From a virus (Duplodnaviria > Caudoviricetes): DNA of 36,524 bases. This document shows positions 7,939 through 15,815 of the stretch, one piece after another. The stretch spans positions 1 to 36,524 of the IMG/VR virus record IMGVR_UViG_3300027785_000064. One strand, given 5' to 3'. The notes beneath the pieces were generated by a model. It was not told the origin of the DNA. It made no database searches and saw only the letters and a program-made list of their open reading frames with translations. The translations under genes and the position numbers were made by a program. Each line of letters starts with the position of its first letter. Within the stretch, counting starts at the first letter, position 1.

Positions 7939-8542
7939 GATCAGATGCTCAGCAATTGGACAAATTATGTCCAATGCTAAGGTTAAAGGAGAATTATCAG
8001 CAGGATGCAAAACATACTTAGAGAACTGGTACGCCAATGATAATGAAGAAATCCATTCTAAATACTTCGATAAGGGCAACATGGTTGAGATTGAATGTAT
8101 TGACTTAATGGCATCTGTCTTAGACAAAGGATTAGCATTTAAGAACGATGAACATAAGGAAGATGAATACTTTACTGGTACTTGCGATGTGCAGTTAGAT
8201 GATACCATTGTTGATGTTAAGTCGGTATGGAACAGAAAAGGACTTCATGCAGCTTGTAATGGATTAGATAAGGATTACGAGTGGCAGTTAAGAGGATACA
8301 TGGAACTGTACAATAAACCAAAAGCTATTCTATTCTATGGTCTATGTGATACACCGGAAGAATGTAACTTTGGTAATGAGGTGATCTACTCAGATATGCC
8401 GATTGAGGAAAGATGGACTGCGTATAATGTGGAATCAGATTCCCAATTAGTCCAGGAGATTATTGACAAGGTTGTAAAATGCCGAGAGTACCTTGATGAG
8501 TATGCAAGTAAAATTAATAATAAATTAGGTAAAATTAACTAA
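7925..8542 (+). CDS. YqaJ/lambda-exonuclease-like PD-(D/E)xK nuclease
   Basis: FKIRCS, KG..VE, FTGTCD...IVDVKS, YEWQLRGYM. Confidence 0.8.
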   Translation: MRLFKIRCSAIGQIMSNAKVKGELSAGCKTYLENWYANDNEEIHSKYFDKGNMVEIECIDLMASVLDKGLAFKNDEHKEDEYFTGTCDVQLDDTIVDVKSVWNRKGLHAACNGLDKDYEWQLRGYMELYNKPKAILFYGLCDTPEECNFGNEVIYSDMPIEERWTAYNVESDSQLVQEIIDKVVKCREYLDEYASKINNKLGKIN

Positions 8543-8553
8543 AAACAAAAAAA

Positions 8554-8889
8554 ATGAATCTAAAAGGCAAAGTAAAGTTAGTCGGACAAACAGAACAGGT
8601 ATCCGATAAGTTCAAGAAAAGAGAATTGGTGATTACCACCAATGACAATCCAACGTATCCGCAGCACATCTCAGTACAATGTACGAATGATAAATGTGTT
8701 ATGCTTGATAATCTATCAGTCGGAACAGAAGTATCCTTAGAGATTAATTTAAGAGGCAAGGAATGGATGAGTCCAAAAGGTGAAGTAAAGTACTTTAATA
8801 CAATTGAATGTTGGAAAGTAGAAGTAATTGGTACAGCACCGACCATAAAATCATTACCTGCTCCAATAGTAGATGATATGCCTTTTTAG
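8554..8889 (+). CDS. Single-stranded DNA-binding protein (DUF3127-like)
   Basis: FKKRELVIT...YPQ...INLRGKEW...YFNTIECWK; acidic DDMPF tail. Confidence 0.85.
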   Translation: MNLKGKVKLVGQTEQVSDKFKKRELVITTNDNPTYPQHISVQCTNDKCVMLDNLSVGTEVSLEINLRGKEWMSPKGEVKYFNTIECWKVEVIGTAPTIKSLPAPIVDDMPF

Positions 8890-8900
8890 GTAAGTAACTA

Positions 8901-8939
8901 ATAATAAGACCTATAAAAGAAATTTATAGGTTTTATTAT
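8901..8939. terminator. 17-bp stem hairpin after ssb (terminator or origin hairpin)
   Basis: ATAATAAGACCTATAAA-AGAAA-TTTATAGGTTTTATTAT, one G-U pair. Confidence 0.6.
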
Positions 8940-9162
8940 GGTTTAAACTTTTTAAACCATTTTAAACCAAAAAAAACGATATAAGGCAATAGAATCAATA
9001 CTTTAAACCTTTATGGTTTAAAAACAGAAAAATAAAATAAAATAAATTTCTGAAAAAAAAATATTGATTTTACACTTTAAACCTGTACCTGGTTTAAAAA
9101 CCTGTAAATGCCTATTAACATTGAAATGTTTGGTTTAAAATTGGTTTAAAGAGTTTAAAATC
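8940..9162. repeat. Iteron array, probable replication origin
   Basis: About ten TTTAAACC/GGTTTAAA units in mirror arrangement around an A-rich core, upstream of the primase-helicase. Confidence 0.75.
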
Positions 9163-9200
9163 GAAATATTTTTGTATCATTGCAATCTACTATAAAAACT

Positions 9201-11435
9201 ATGAAAAAAATATCCCTATCATATCTTAACAAATTACTTGATCATGACTTGTCTATCATTACTATTGGAGATAAGAAAGTACCTAATGTTCAATGGAAGA
9301 AATACCAAACAGAGCAGATTACAAAGAATGATTTGGAAAGGAACTATAATTTAGATACAACAAAAGGATTTGGTATCTGCACCGGTTATAATAACCTGGA
9401 AGTTATCGATATTGATTTAAAGATTCTACCATCGTTAAAAATGCAGCAGGACTTTTGGAATGAGTACATTTCCTTTTTGAATGATAATATTGATGATTTC
9501 GATACCAAATTTGTCATCTATAAGACAGTAAACAATGGATACCACATTCTTTACAAATGCGAGGAGATCGGAGGAAATCAGAAGATTGCTAAGTTAAAGG
9601 ATTATAAAGAAGCAATTATTGAAACGAGAGGGAAGGCAGGTTATGTTTTTATTTATGATAACTGCATCTCTAAGAAAAACTATACTCAGATATCAGAAAT
9701 ATCCATTAAGGATAGAGAAGTACTGTTTCAATGTAGTAAGTACTATAACCATATTGAGGATGAGGTGAAGATTGATCATAAGGTTCATAAGCAATCGATT
9801 AATGTATCTGTATCTGTATGGGATGATTATAACACCAGGACATCTGTATGGGAATTGATAGAGGATGAGTTCGATGTAATTAAGAAGCTATCTAACAAGA
9901 CCATTATTCGGAGACATGGAGCGACATCTGCTCATAGCGGATACTTATTCCATGATAAGGACTTAATGTTCTTATTCACTACCGGAACACAGTATCCTAA
10001 TGAAAAAGGATTGAATCCATTTGCAGTCTATACCTATAAATATCACAAAGGAGACTGGAGTGCATCTGCTAAGGAACTTTATTCAAAAGGATATGGTAGC
10101 AGAGTAATTAAGGAAGTAGAGACATTGAGTAGAGTTATTAAGATTGATAAGAAAGACCTCCAGTTCCCTATTGAGATCTTCCCGATTAGAATACAGAACT
10201 ACCTGCTTGAATGTAATAAGACATTAGACAGTTCAATCGATTTTATGGGATGCTCATTGTTATGGCTAATATCTGTAATCATCGGTAATAGTTTTAAGAT
10301 TCAGGTTAAGTCGGGATGGATTGAATCAGTCAATGTATGGATAAGTATTGTAGGTAAGGCAGGTATCGGAAAGACTCCGAGTATATCTCACATCATACAA
10401 CCATTATCGAAGCTGAACAATACAGAAATAAAGACATTCATTAAGCAGTACAAAAAATATGAGGCATTTGTTGAGTTAGATAAGAAAGAAAAGGAATATA
10501 CTGAAGAGATTAAGAAGCCATTTAAGACGCAGTTTATCGTTAATGACATCACTCAAGAAGCATTAATTGAACTGCATGAAGAGAATAAGAATAGTGTAGG
10601 TGTATTTAAGGATGAGTTAGCAGGATGGTTTAAGGACATGAACAAGTATAGAGCAGGATCAGACTTAGAGTTTTGGTTATCATCCTGGTCAAACAAAGGA
10701 ATAACATTAAACAGAAAGACAGCTAAGAGTTCATTTGTAGAAAGTCCAATCATTCCGGTATTGGGAGGTATACAACCATCTATTTTAACGCAATTCTTTA
10801 CTGAAGAGAATAAAGATAATGGATTCATTGATAGGATGCTTACTTGTTTTCCTGAACTGGAGGTTGATCACTACAATGAGAATGAGATGTCTGAAGATAT
10901 ATTAACCTGGTATAATGATTACATTGTTACCTTCTATCAAGTAGTAAAGAGAGAATTAATTGAGTATACTAATGAAGGTGAGATTCAATCTTACATTTGC
11001 AAATTTGATACTGAAGCTAAAAAAGAATGGAAGAGGATATTCAATGAGATTACCAAAGTTCAAAACAGCGAATTTGAGAATGAATACATGAAGTCGATGC
11101 TGCCAAAACAGAAGTCATACATTCCGAGATTTGCATTAATGATTCATCTATTTGATTACTATGATTGTCATAAAGGAGAAATGCTATCGATAAGTAAAGA
11201 TAGTGTATTGAAAGCAGAGAAGCTGAGTAAGTATTTTGTTAATATGGCAAAGAAGATTAAGATTGATTCTGCTGTAAAGAATGATGCAAAGAAGGTAATG
11301 TTTAATCATAAGGACAAGACTAACAAAGAGAAATGTATAGAGATATTAAAGTCTAATCCTGATATTGATAAAAAGGATCTTGCTGAGTTATTAGGTGTAA
11401 GTTTACAAATGATTTATAAATATTTGAAATGCTGA
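9201..11435 (+). CDS. Primase-polymerase (bifunctional Prim-Pol) fused to DUF3987-like P-loop helicase and C-terminal HTH
   Basis: EVIDIDLK, TVNNGYHILY, IETRGKAGY; Walker A GKAGIGKT; FKDELAGW; KKDLAELLGVSLQMIYKY; ATG at 9201 (AAAACTATG) preferred over TTG 9180. Confidence 0.85.
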   Translation: MKKISLSYLNKLLDHDLSIITIGDKKVPNVQWKKYQTEQITKNDLERNYNLDTTKGFGICTGYNNLEVIDIDLKILPSLKMQQDFWNEYISFLNDNIDDFDTKFVIYKTVNNGYHILYKCEEIGGNQKIAKLKDYKEAIIETRGKAGYVFIYDNCISKKNYTQISEISIKDREVLFQCSKYYNHIEDEVKIDHKVHKQSINVSVSVWDDYNTRTSVWELIEDEFDVIKKLSNKTIIRRHGATSAHSGYLFHDKDLMFLFTTGTQYPNEKGLNPFAVYTYKYHKGDWSASAKELYSKGYGSRVIKEVETLSRVIKIDKKDLQFPIEIFPIRIQNYLLECNKTLDSSIDFMGCSLLWLISVIIGNSFKIQVKSGWIESVNVWISIVGKAGIGKTPSISHIIQPLSKLNNTEIKTFIKQYKKYEAFVELDKKEKEYTEEIKKPFKTQFIVNDITQEALIELHEENKNSVGVFKDELAGWFKDMNKYRAGSDLEFWLSSWSNKGITLNRKTAKSSFVESPIIPVLGGIQPSILTQFFTEENKDNGFIDRMLTCFPELEVDHYNENEMSEDILTWYNDYIVTFYQVVKRELIEYTNEGEIQSYICKFDTEAKKEWKRIFNEITKVQNSEFENEYMKSMLPKQKSYIPRFALMIHLFDYYDCHKGEMLSISKDSVLKAEKLSKYFVNMAKKIKIDSAVKNDAKKVMFNHKDKTNKEKCIEILKSNPDIDKKDLAELLGVSLQMIYKYLKC

Positions 11436-11899
11436 AAAAACTAATAGAACTTAAGCATTCAGAGGAATGCAAGAAGTATCCATCAATGCCTCCTGCATAC
11501 ATTCCGCTAACTAAGTTTACCGATAAGACCGCCAATGGATTAACGAAGTGCGTAATTGCCTGGATCAATCTGCATGGAGGACAAGCTGAGCGAATTAATA
11601 CTACTGGCAGAATGATTGATAAGACAAAGGTAGTATCTGATGCATTAGGACAGAAGCGAATGATAGGTAGTGTAGAATGGCAGAAAGGAACAGGGCAGAA
11701 AGGAAGTGCTGATATCTCTGCAACGATTCAAGGCAGAAGTGTAAAGATTGAGGTTAAGATGAAAGACAAACAGTCACTGGATCAGATAAAGTATCAGAAT
11801 GCCATAGAGAATGCAGGAGGTCAGTATTGGTTAGTTCATAACTTTGATGAGTTTATCTTTCACTATTATTGCTTTATTGATTATCTGTCCGAAATATAG
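11429..11899 (+). CDS. VRR-NUC-like nuclease / Holliday junction resolvase
   Basis: GSADI...IEVK..DKQS..Q......AGG.Y. Confidence 0.75.
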   Translation: MLKKLIELKHSEECKKYPSMPPAYIPLTKFTDKTANGLTKCVIAWINLHGGQAERINTTGRMIDKTKVVSDALGQKRMIGSVEWQKGTGQKGSADISATIQGRSVKIEVKMKDKQSLDQIKYQNAIENAGGQYWLVHNFDEFIFHYYCFIDYLSEI

Positions 11900-11901
11900 C
11901 A

Positions 11902-11909
11902 TATATTTG
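11902..11909 (+). promoter_or_regulatory. Bacteroidota-type -7 element TATATTTG
   Basis: TAnnTTTG match at the start of a 245-nt intergenic region. Confidence 0.55.
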
Positions 11910-12145
11910 CGACCAGTTACCCTAATTCTATGTATAAAATAACTAACATTAACCCTGATTATTAGCTATAATGTTGGATATTACAAACAAAAAAACGCAT
12001 TTTGTCTAATATGTAAAACATTAACTATCACTAACAAGGTTATATCCTTACATTTGTTTTACAATAGAAAGGGTATAACCATTAATCATAACTTAATTTT
12101 GCACTATAACACAAGGTTTGTTACAATGCATTTAAAAATAAAACT

Positions 12146-12619
12146 ATGAACTACACTACAGTCAGCAAAGAGATTCGGGCATTAGCTGAAATCGAAGGAA
12201 AAAGACTATACGAAAACAATAACAAAAGATTGAGACCAATTGCTCAGATCAGAACAAATGAGTTACAAATTGATATATTAGGTGCAATGGGTGAGTTAGC
12301 AGTATGCGAAGTTTTAGAAAAACAAAATAGAGTATACAAAAGAAATAAATCAGAAGTAAACTATCCAGTAAAAGAATGTGATATAATTTTAGATGGTAAT
12401 ATAACTATTGATGTTAAAGCAGTATCATCTCATTCTACTGATTGGTATATTAATAAGAAAGCATTTTTAGATGTTACAAAAAAACAATCAGATTTCTATT
12501 GGATGATAAAGTTCATTGATAATATTGCACACTACGAAATATTCACAAAGGAAGAAGTTTCCAATTGGGAAACGAGACAAAGCAAATACACAGAAGTATT
12601 ATATTCTAATTATAGATAA
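12146..12619 (+). CDS. PD-(D/E)xK-like nuclease-fold protein
   Basis: GAMGELAV...CDIILDGNITIDVK. Confidence 0.6.
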   Translation: MNYTTVSKEIRALAEIEGKRLYENNNKRLRPIAQIRTNELQIDILGAMGELAVCEVLEKQNRVYKRNKSEVNYPVKECDIILDGNITIDVKAVSSHSTDWYINKKAFLDVTKKQSDFYWMIKFIDNIAHYEIFTKEEVSNWETRQSKYTEVLYSNYR

Positions 12620-12817
12620 ATGAGCGACATAACCAAATGCAGAGGTGTAAACTGCCCAATCAAAGACCAGTGCAAAAGATACACATCTGAGGAATCAATG
12701 ATGCAATCTTACTTTATGGAATCTCCTATTAAGGATGGCAAATGTGATATGTATTGGGGAGAGCAAAACGAAAGTATATTTAAGCAGTTAAAAGAAATAC
12801 TAAACAAACAAGACTAA
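12620..12817 (+). CDS. Small Cys-rich phage protein
   Basis: DITKCRGVNCPIKDQCKRYT...CDMYW. Confidence 0.7.
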   Translation: MSDITKCRGVNCPIKDQCKRYTSEESMMQSYFMESPIKDGKCDMYWGEQNESIFKQLKEILNKQD

Positions 12818-13011
12818 TGAAACAAACAGCAGTAGAATGGTTGATAGAACAATTGCATAGTGGAAAGGAATTATCAACTGTTATTCATCACGCCAAAGCA
12901 ATGGAGAAAGTGCAGATAATAAATGCTTATTGGGATGCATATAACGAAGGCAAATATAGCACAGATAAAACAGCAGAGGAATACTATAAACAAATATTTA
13001 AACAAGAGTAA
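12817..13011 (+). CDS. Small phage protein with MKQTAVEWL start
   Basis: QTAVEWL...AKAMEK.QII.AY pattern; TAATG coupling. Confidence 0.7.
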   Translation: MKQTAVEWLIEQLHSGKELSTVIHHAKAMEKVQIINAYWDAYNEGKYSTDKTAEEYYKQIFKQE

Positions 13012-13292
13012 TGAAACGAGATTACATCTACATCGGAATTATAGCTATAGTTATATTCATGTACCTAACTAAAATGCCTGATCCTACAAAAAACGAGTAT
13101 AAGACATACATAAAAGTAAAGGATAGTACCATTCGTATAATCCATGACAAGGAGATCATCAGAGAGAAATCAAAAGTAAACATCACAAACATATTCAACA
13201 CCTCAGCCAATGAAGAAACCCACTACACTAATTCTGATAGTACTCGCCTTATCTTTATCGATTCATTCTTACGCTCAAAAGGATACCGCTAA
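13011..13292 (+). CDS. N-anchored membrane protein (possible spanin-like component)
   Basis: N-terminal TM YIYIGIIAIVIFMYL followed by a polar tail. Confidence 0.55.
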   Translation: MKRDYIYIGIIAIVIFMYLTKMPDPTKNEYKTYIKVKDSTIRIIHDKEIIREKSKVNITNIFNTSANEETHYTNSDSTRLIFIDSFLRSKGYR

Positions 13293-13557
13293 GTATTGTT
13301 TTACTGGTGCTGAGATGAACGAATGGATTAAGTCAGCAATCAACGAGAAAGCATATAAAGCTGCATTTGATACCTTGCAGAATGTAGTTAAGATAGATGA
13401 ATCTATTATAGTCGATTTAAAGACCTTAAACAAGTCAGCAGATAGATTGATTGAGGAACAAGGCAAAAGTATCAGAAAACGAAAATTAACAGTACTTTTA
13501 TGGCAGTTTATTGCAGGTGCTATCTCCGCAGGATGGATTTATACTCTCATTCGATAG
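13210..13557 (+). CDS. Exported coiled-coil protein with C-terminal TM
   Basis: Signal-peptide-like N-terminus ending SYA, coiled-coil middle, basic patch then hydrophobic C-terminus. Confidence 0.6.
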   Translation: MKKPTTLILIVLALSLSIHSYAQKDTAKYCFTGAEMNEWIKSAINEKAYKAAFDTLQNVVKIDESIIVDLKTLNKSADRLIEEQGKSIRKRKLTVLLWQFIAGAISAGWIYTLIR

Positions 13558-13839
13558 ATTCTCTTCACTTTCCTTAACGCTACGATCAAACCAATCTGAA
13601 TGCATTTCTGATAGTTCAGTATAATTTTCCTTTACTTTAATCCATCCTTCATCATCCAGGTACAAAGCTGAGCATTTTACATAGTTATTCTCTACAAGGT
13701 AAGTCTCTTCAGATACGGATAGAATCTTTGTAATAAAGATAATTCTCTTAAATAAACAGATATCCCTTCTGCTCAATAGATTGTTCTTTTTAATGATAAT
13801 CTGCGTGATCTCTAACTGGATGTCATTGATTACTTTCAT
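13498..13839 (-). CDS. Hypothetical protein
   Basis: ATGA-coupled to the exonuclease gene. Confidence 0.6.
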   Translation of the reverse strand: MKVINDIQLEITQIIIKKNNLLSRRDICLFKRIIFITKILSVSEETYLVENNYVKCSALYLDDEGWIKVKENYTELSEMHSDWFDRSVKESEENLSNESINPSCGDSTCNKLP

Positions 13840-14579
13840 CGATTATTATAAGTTTTTAAACTAACTGAAAAGTATTTTTTACATTCCTGACAATGCATAT
13901 TCGCCAAAACAGATCCACTTGCTAAAATAATAGGTTTATTTAGATAAGTTTTTTCACATCCGCATTTCGGACATGAACAGGAATCGTTATCCATAAATCT
14001 GCCGATATGTGTTTTTGGTTTAGCGAATCCTTCTAACTTTAGATATACTTTTTCTAATAGTTCCACATCCCTTTTACAGTATTCAACCATCAATGTCATA
14101 GCTTTACTGCTATTTCTTTGAATGATGTCATGCCATAATTGTATACCTCCAGTATCTTTCTTACCACCGAATCCTAAATACTTGCCGATAGCATCTAATC
14201 TGTTGGATGGGAAGTTAAATTTTTGGCGTGAAATCTTTAGTGTATCGATAGATTTAAACTCAGGTAGTGACTTATGACCATGAATTAAACATCGTGTTCT
14301 AATCCACTTTAAATCGAATCTATCCGAATTGTGACCAACTACTTCATCACTATCGTTGATAATCTCAACAAATTTCTTTATCATCTCTTTATCGCATCCT
14401 TTATTCCATTTCAGATGGTATATCTTTGGACTGCCTTCATACTTGTAACAGATACAAATAATTGCACTATCGTTAAGTACCTGGTCGTATGTTATAGATG
14501 TTTTGAATGATGGTCTCCAAAACCAACCGATCATGTAGGATGTTTCAATATCGAAGAATACTCGTTTAAAATGTCCCAT
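13836..14579 (-). CDS. RNase H-like (DEDD/DnaQ-type) exonuclease with C-terminal zinc ribbon
   Basis: FFDIETS, VGHNSDRFD, IDTL, YCKRDV; CPKC...CQEC. Confidence 0.85.
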   Translation of the reverse strand: MGHFKRVFFDIETSYMIGWFWRPSFKTSITYDQVLNDSAIICICYKYEGSPKIYHLKWNKGCDKEMIKKFVEIINDSDEVVGHNSDRFDLKWIRTRCLIHGHKSLPEFKSIDTLKISRQKFNFPSNRLDAIGKYLGFGGKKDTGGIQLWHDIIQRNSSKAMTLMVEYCKRDVELLEKVYLKLEGFAKPKTHIGRFMDNDSCSCPKCGCEKTYLNKPIILASGSVLANMHCQECKKYFSVSLKTYNNR

Positions 14580-14599
14580 ATGTTTTGTATTGGTTTAAG

Positions 14600-14607
14600 C
14601 AAATGTA
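14600..14607 (-). promoter_or_regulatory. Bacteroidota-type -7 element TACATTTG for the exonuclease
   Basis: TAnnTTTG match 20 nt upstream of the ATG. Confidence 0.6.
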
Positions 14608-14611
14608 CTCT

Positions 14612-14863
14612 TTATTCCTTTGGTTGATTGTTTTTCTTTATTGCTTCGTATGTGGTCATTCCCAAAGCTACAGAAACAAAAGCGAAATCTAATGCCAATA
14701 TCTCACCCACATATTCCCACTTATCACTCTGAAACCATTTGATATGTAGCACTACAACCATAACGATAATGACAAAAGCAGAAATCTTACGAGCAGAAAA
14801 TCCGTTTGCATTTGTTTTAAAAGAATCTAAAAGATTGTTGATTATTTCCCTAAGTTTTTCCAT
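14612..14863 (-). CDS. Holin-like two-TM protein
   Basis: FSARK then two hydrophobic segments and a charged tail; next to the endolysin. Confidence 0.65.
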   Translation of the reverse strand: MEKLREIINNLLDSFKTNANGFSARKISAFVIIVMVVVLHIKWFQSDKWEYVGEILALDFAFVSVALGMTTYEAIKKNNQPKE

Positions 14864-14950
14864 ATCTTTGACTTTTCTATTATTAAAGCAAGTACCTGAA
14901 TCAACAGGTTACCTAATTGGTTAACTTTATGGAAATTGTTATTAGCTTTT

Positions 14951-15361
14951 TTATTTTATTACCACTACCATATTCCTATTCTGACCTTGTCTAAAAGAGA
15001 TATGTATCCAGGTGTAATCGTATTCATTGATAAGCTGATCAAAGACTAAGTTAGCTTTGCACCAATCGAATAACTTTTTATTCTCCGCTTTGCTTCCTGC
15101 GGTCAGATCAATTGCTTCACCTTTACAATGCTGACTGGACAAACTTCCATTGACCTTTTGATTCAGAAATGTATTTCTAAAGAATGAATTGATCTTTATA
15201 GGTTTCCCATACCATTTGCGTAATGGTTCAAAACAAGCATTTGCAACAATTCTCATCGCAAACAACTGATGTTCTGTAGGTATGTTCTCAATACCGAATC
15301 TAATAGCTGTTGGTGATTGTGTAGCTTCGTTATAGCTGATATGGTCTGATATATCATTCAT
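14951..15361 (-). CDS. Endolysin, peptidase M15 (zinc peptidase)
   Basis: INSFFR..LN..VNGS..SQHCKGEAID...WIHIS. Confidence 0.9.
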   Translation of the reverse strand: MNDISDHISYNEATQSPTAIRFGIENIPTEHQLFAMRIVANACFEPLRKWYGKPIKINSFFRNTFLNQKVNGSLSSQHCKGEAIDLTAGSKAENKKLFDWCKANLVFDQLINEYDYTWIHISFRQGQNRNMVVVIK

Positions 15362-15474
15362 CGCCCTTGTGCCTTGTATGGTTTATTGCTTTCCTTTTTA
15401 TTGGGATGCTTCTTTGCTACACCTTTTTTCTTTGCCTTCGTTATAGTAATAACGGATTCTGTTTTCTTTTTCAT
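15358..15474 (-). CDS. Small basic peptide (38 aa) ending YKAQGR, not in ORF track
   Basis: Hand translation MKKKTESVITITKAKKKGVAKKHPNKKESNKPYKAQGR; ATGA overlaps at both ends. Confidence 0.7.
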   Translation of the reverse strand: MKKKTESVITITKAKKKGVAKKHPNKKESNKPYKAQGR

Positions 15475-15635
15475 TTGCCTTTCTTTAAAAATTCACTTCT
15501 CCATTTCCATAATGTATAGCCAATTGCTAATAGTAAAGAAAATAATTTTAAAGCATTTTCAATATCGGTAAATGTAATCGCAATAGCAATAAAATGCAAT
15601 ACTGGAACGTCAAGGTAATCTAATAATTTAGTCAT
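15471..15635 (-). CDS. Small membrane protein / holin-like (54 aa), not in ORF track
   Basis: MTKLLDYLDVPVLHFIAIAITFTDIENALKLFSLLLAIGYTLWKWRSEFLKKGK. Confidence 0.7.
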   Translation of the reverse strand: MTKLLDYLDVPVLHFIAIAITFTDIENALKLFSLLLAIGYTLWKWRSEFLKKGK

Positions 15636-15650
15636 AATGGAGAGATGTTT

Positions 15651-15815
15651 TTAAGTTAAATAAATATAATTTTCGCCATCACAATCTACGCTAATAATGG
15701 TTTGTTTTTCTTTTTCTGTTAGTTCTCTTTCAGGATAAACAACAATGTTTTCAACTGTCTTTCCTTTTTCATCAATACTTTTTATAGTATTTTTTACTGC
15801 TTTAATTGTTATCAT
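15651..15815 (-). CDS. Small protein (54 aa), possible tail-fibre accessory, not in ORF track
   Basis: TAATG coupling to the tail fibre; MITIKAVKNTIKSIDEKGK... Confidence 0.6.
   Translation of the reverse strand: MITIKAVKNTIKSIDEKGKTVENIVVYPERELTEKEKQTIISVDCDGENYIYLT

Noticed and set aside
7695-8846. - strand ORFs opposite the recombination and ssb genes (also 10553, 11353, 13028, 13275)
   Set aside because: Antisense shadows of well-supported + strand genes
8940-9162. CRISPR-like reading of the repeat array
   Set aside because: Units are 8 nt, in both orientations and irregularly spaced; fits iterons instead
14863-14910. + strand TATCTTTG over the holin start plus a small ACCTG/CAGGT hairpin, a possible antisense promoter to the endolysin
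   Set aside because: An 8-mer with two free positions is expected by chance in AT-rich DNA; no other support
15374-15571. + strand 65-aa Phe-rich ORF
   Set aside because: Reverse complement of the Lys-rich and membrane micro-genes on the - strand
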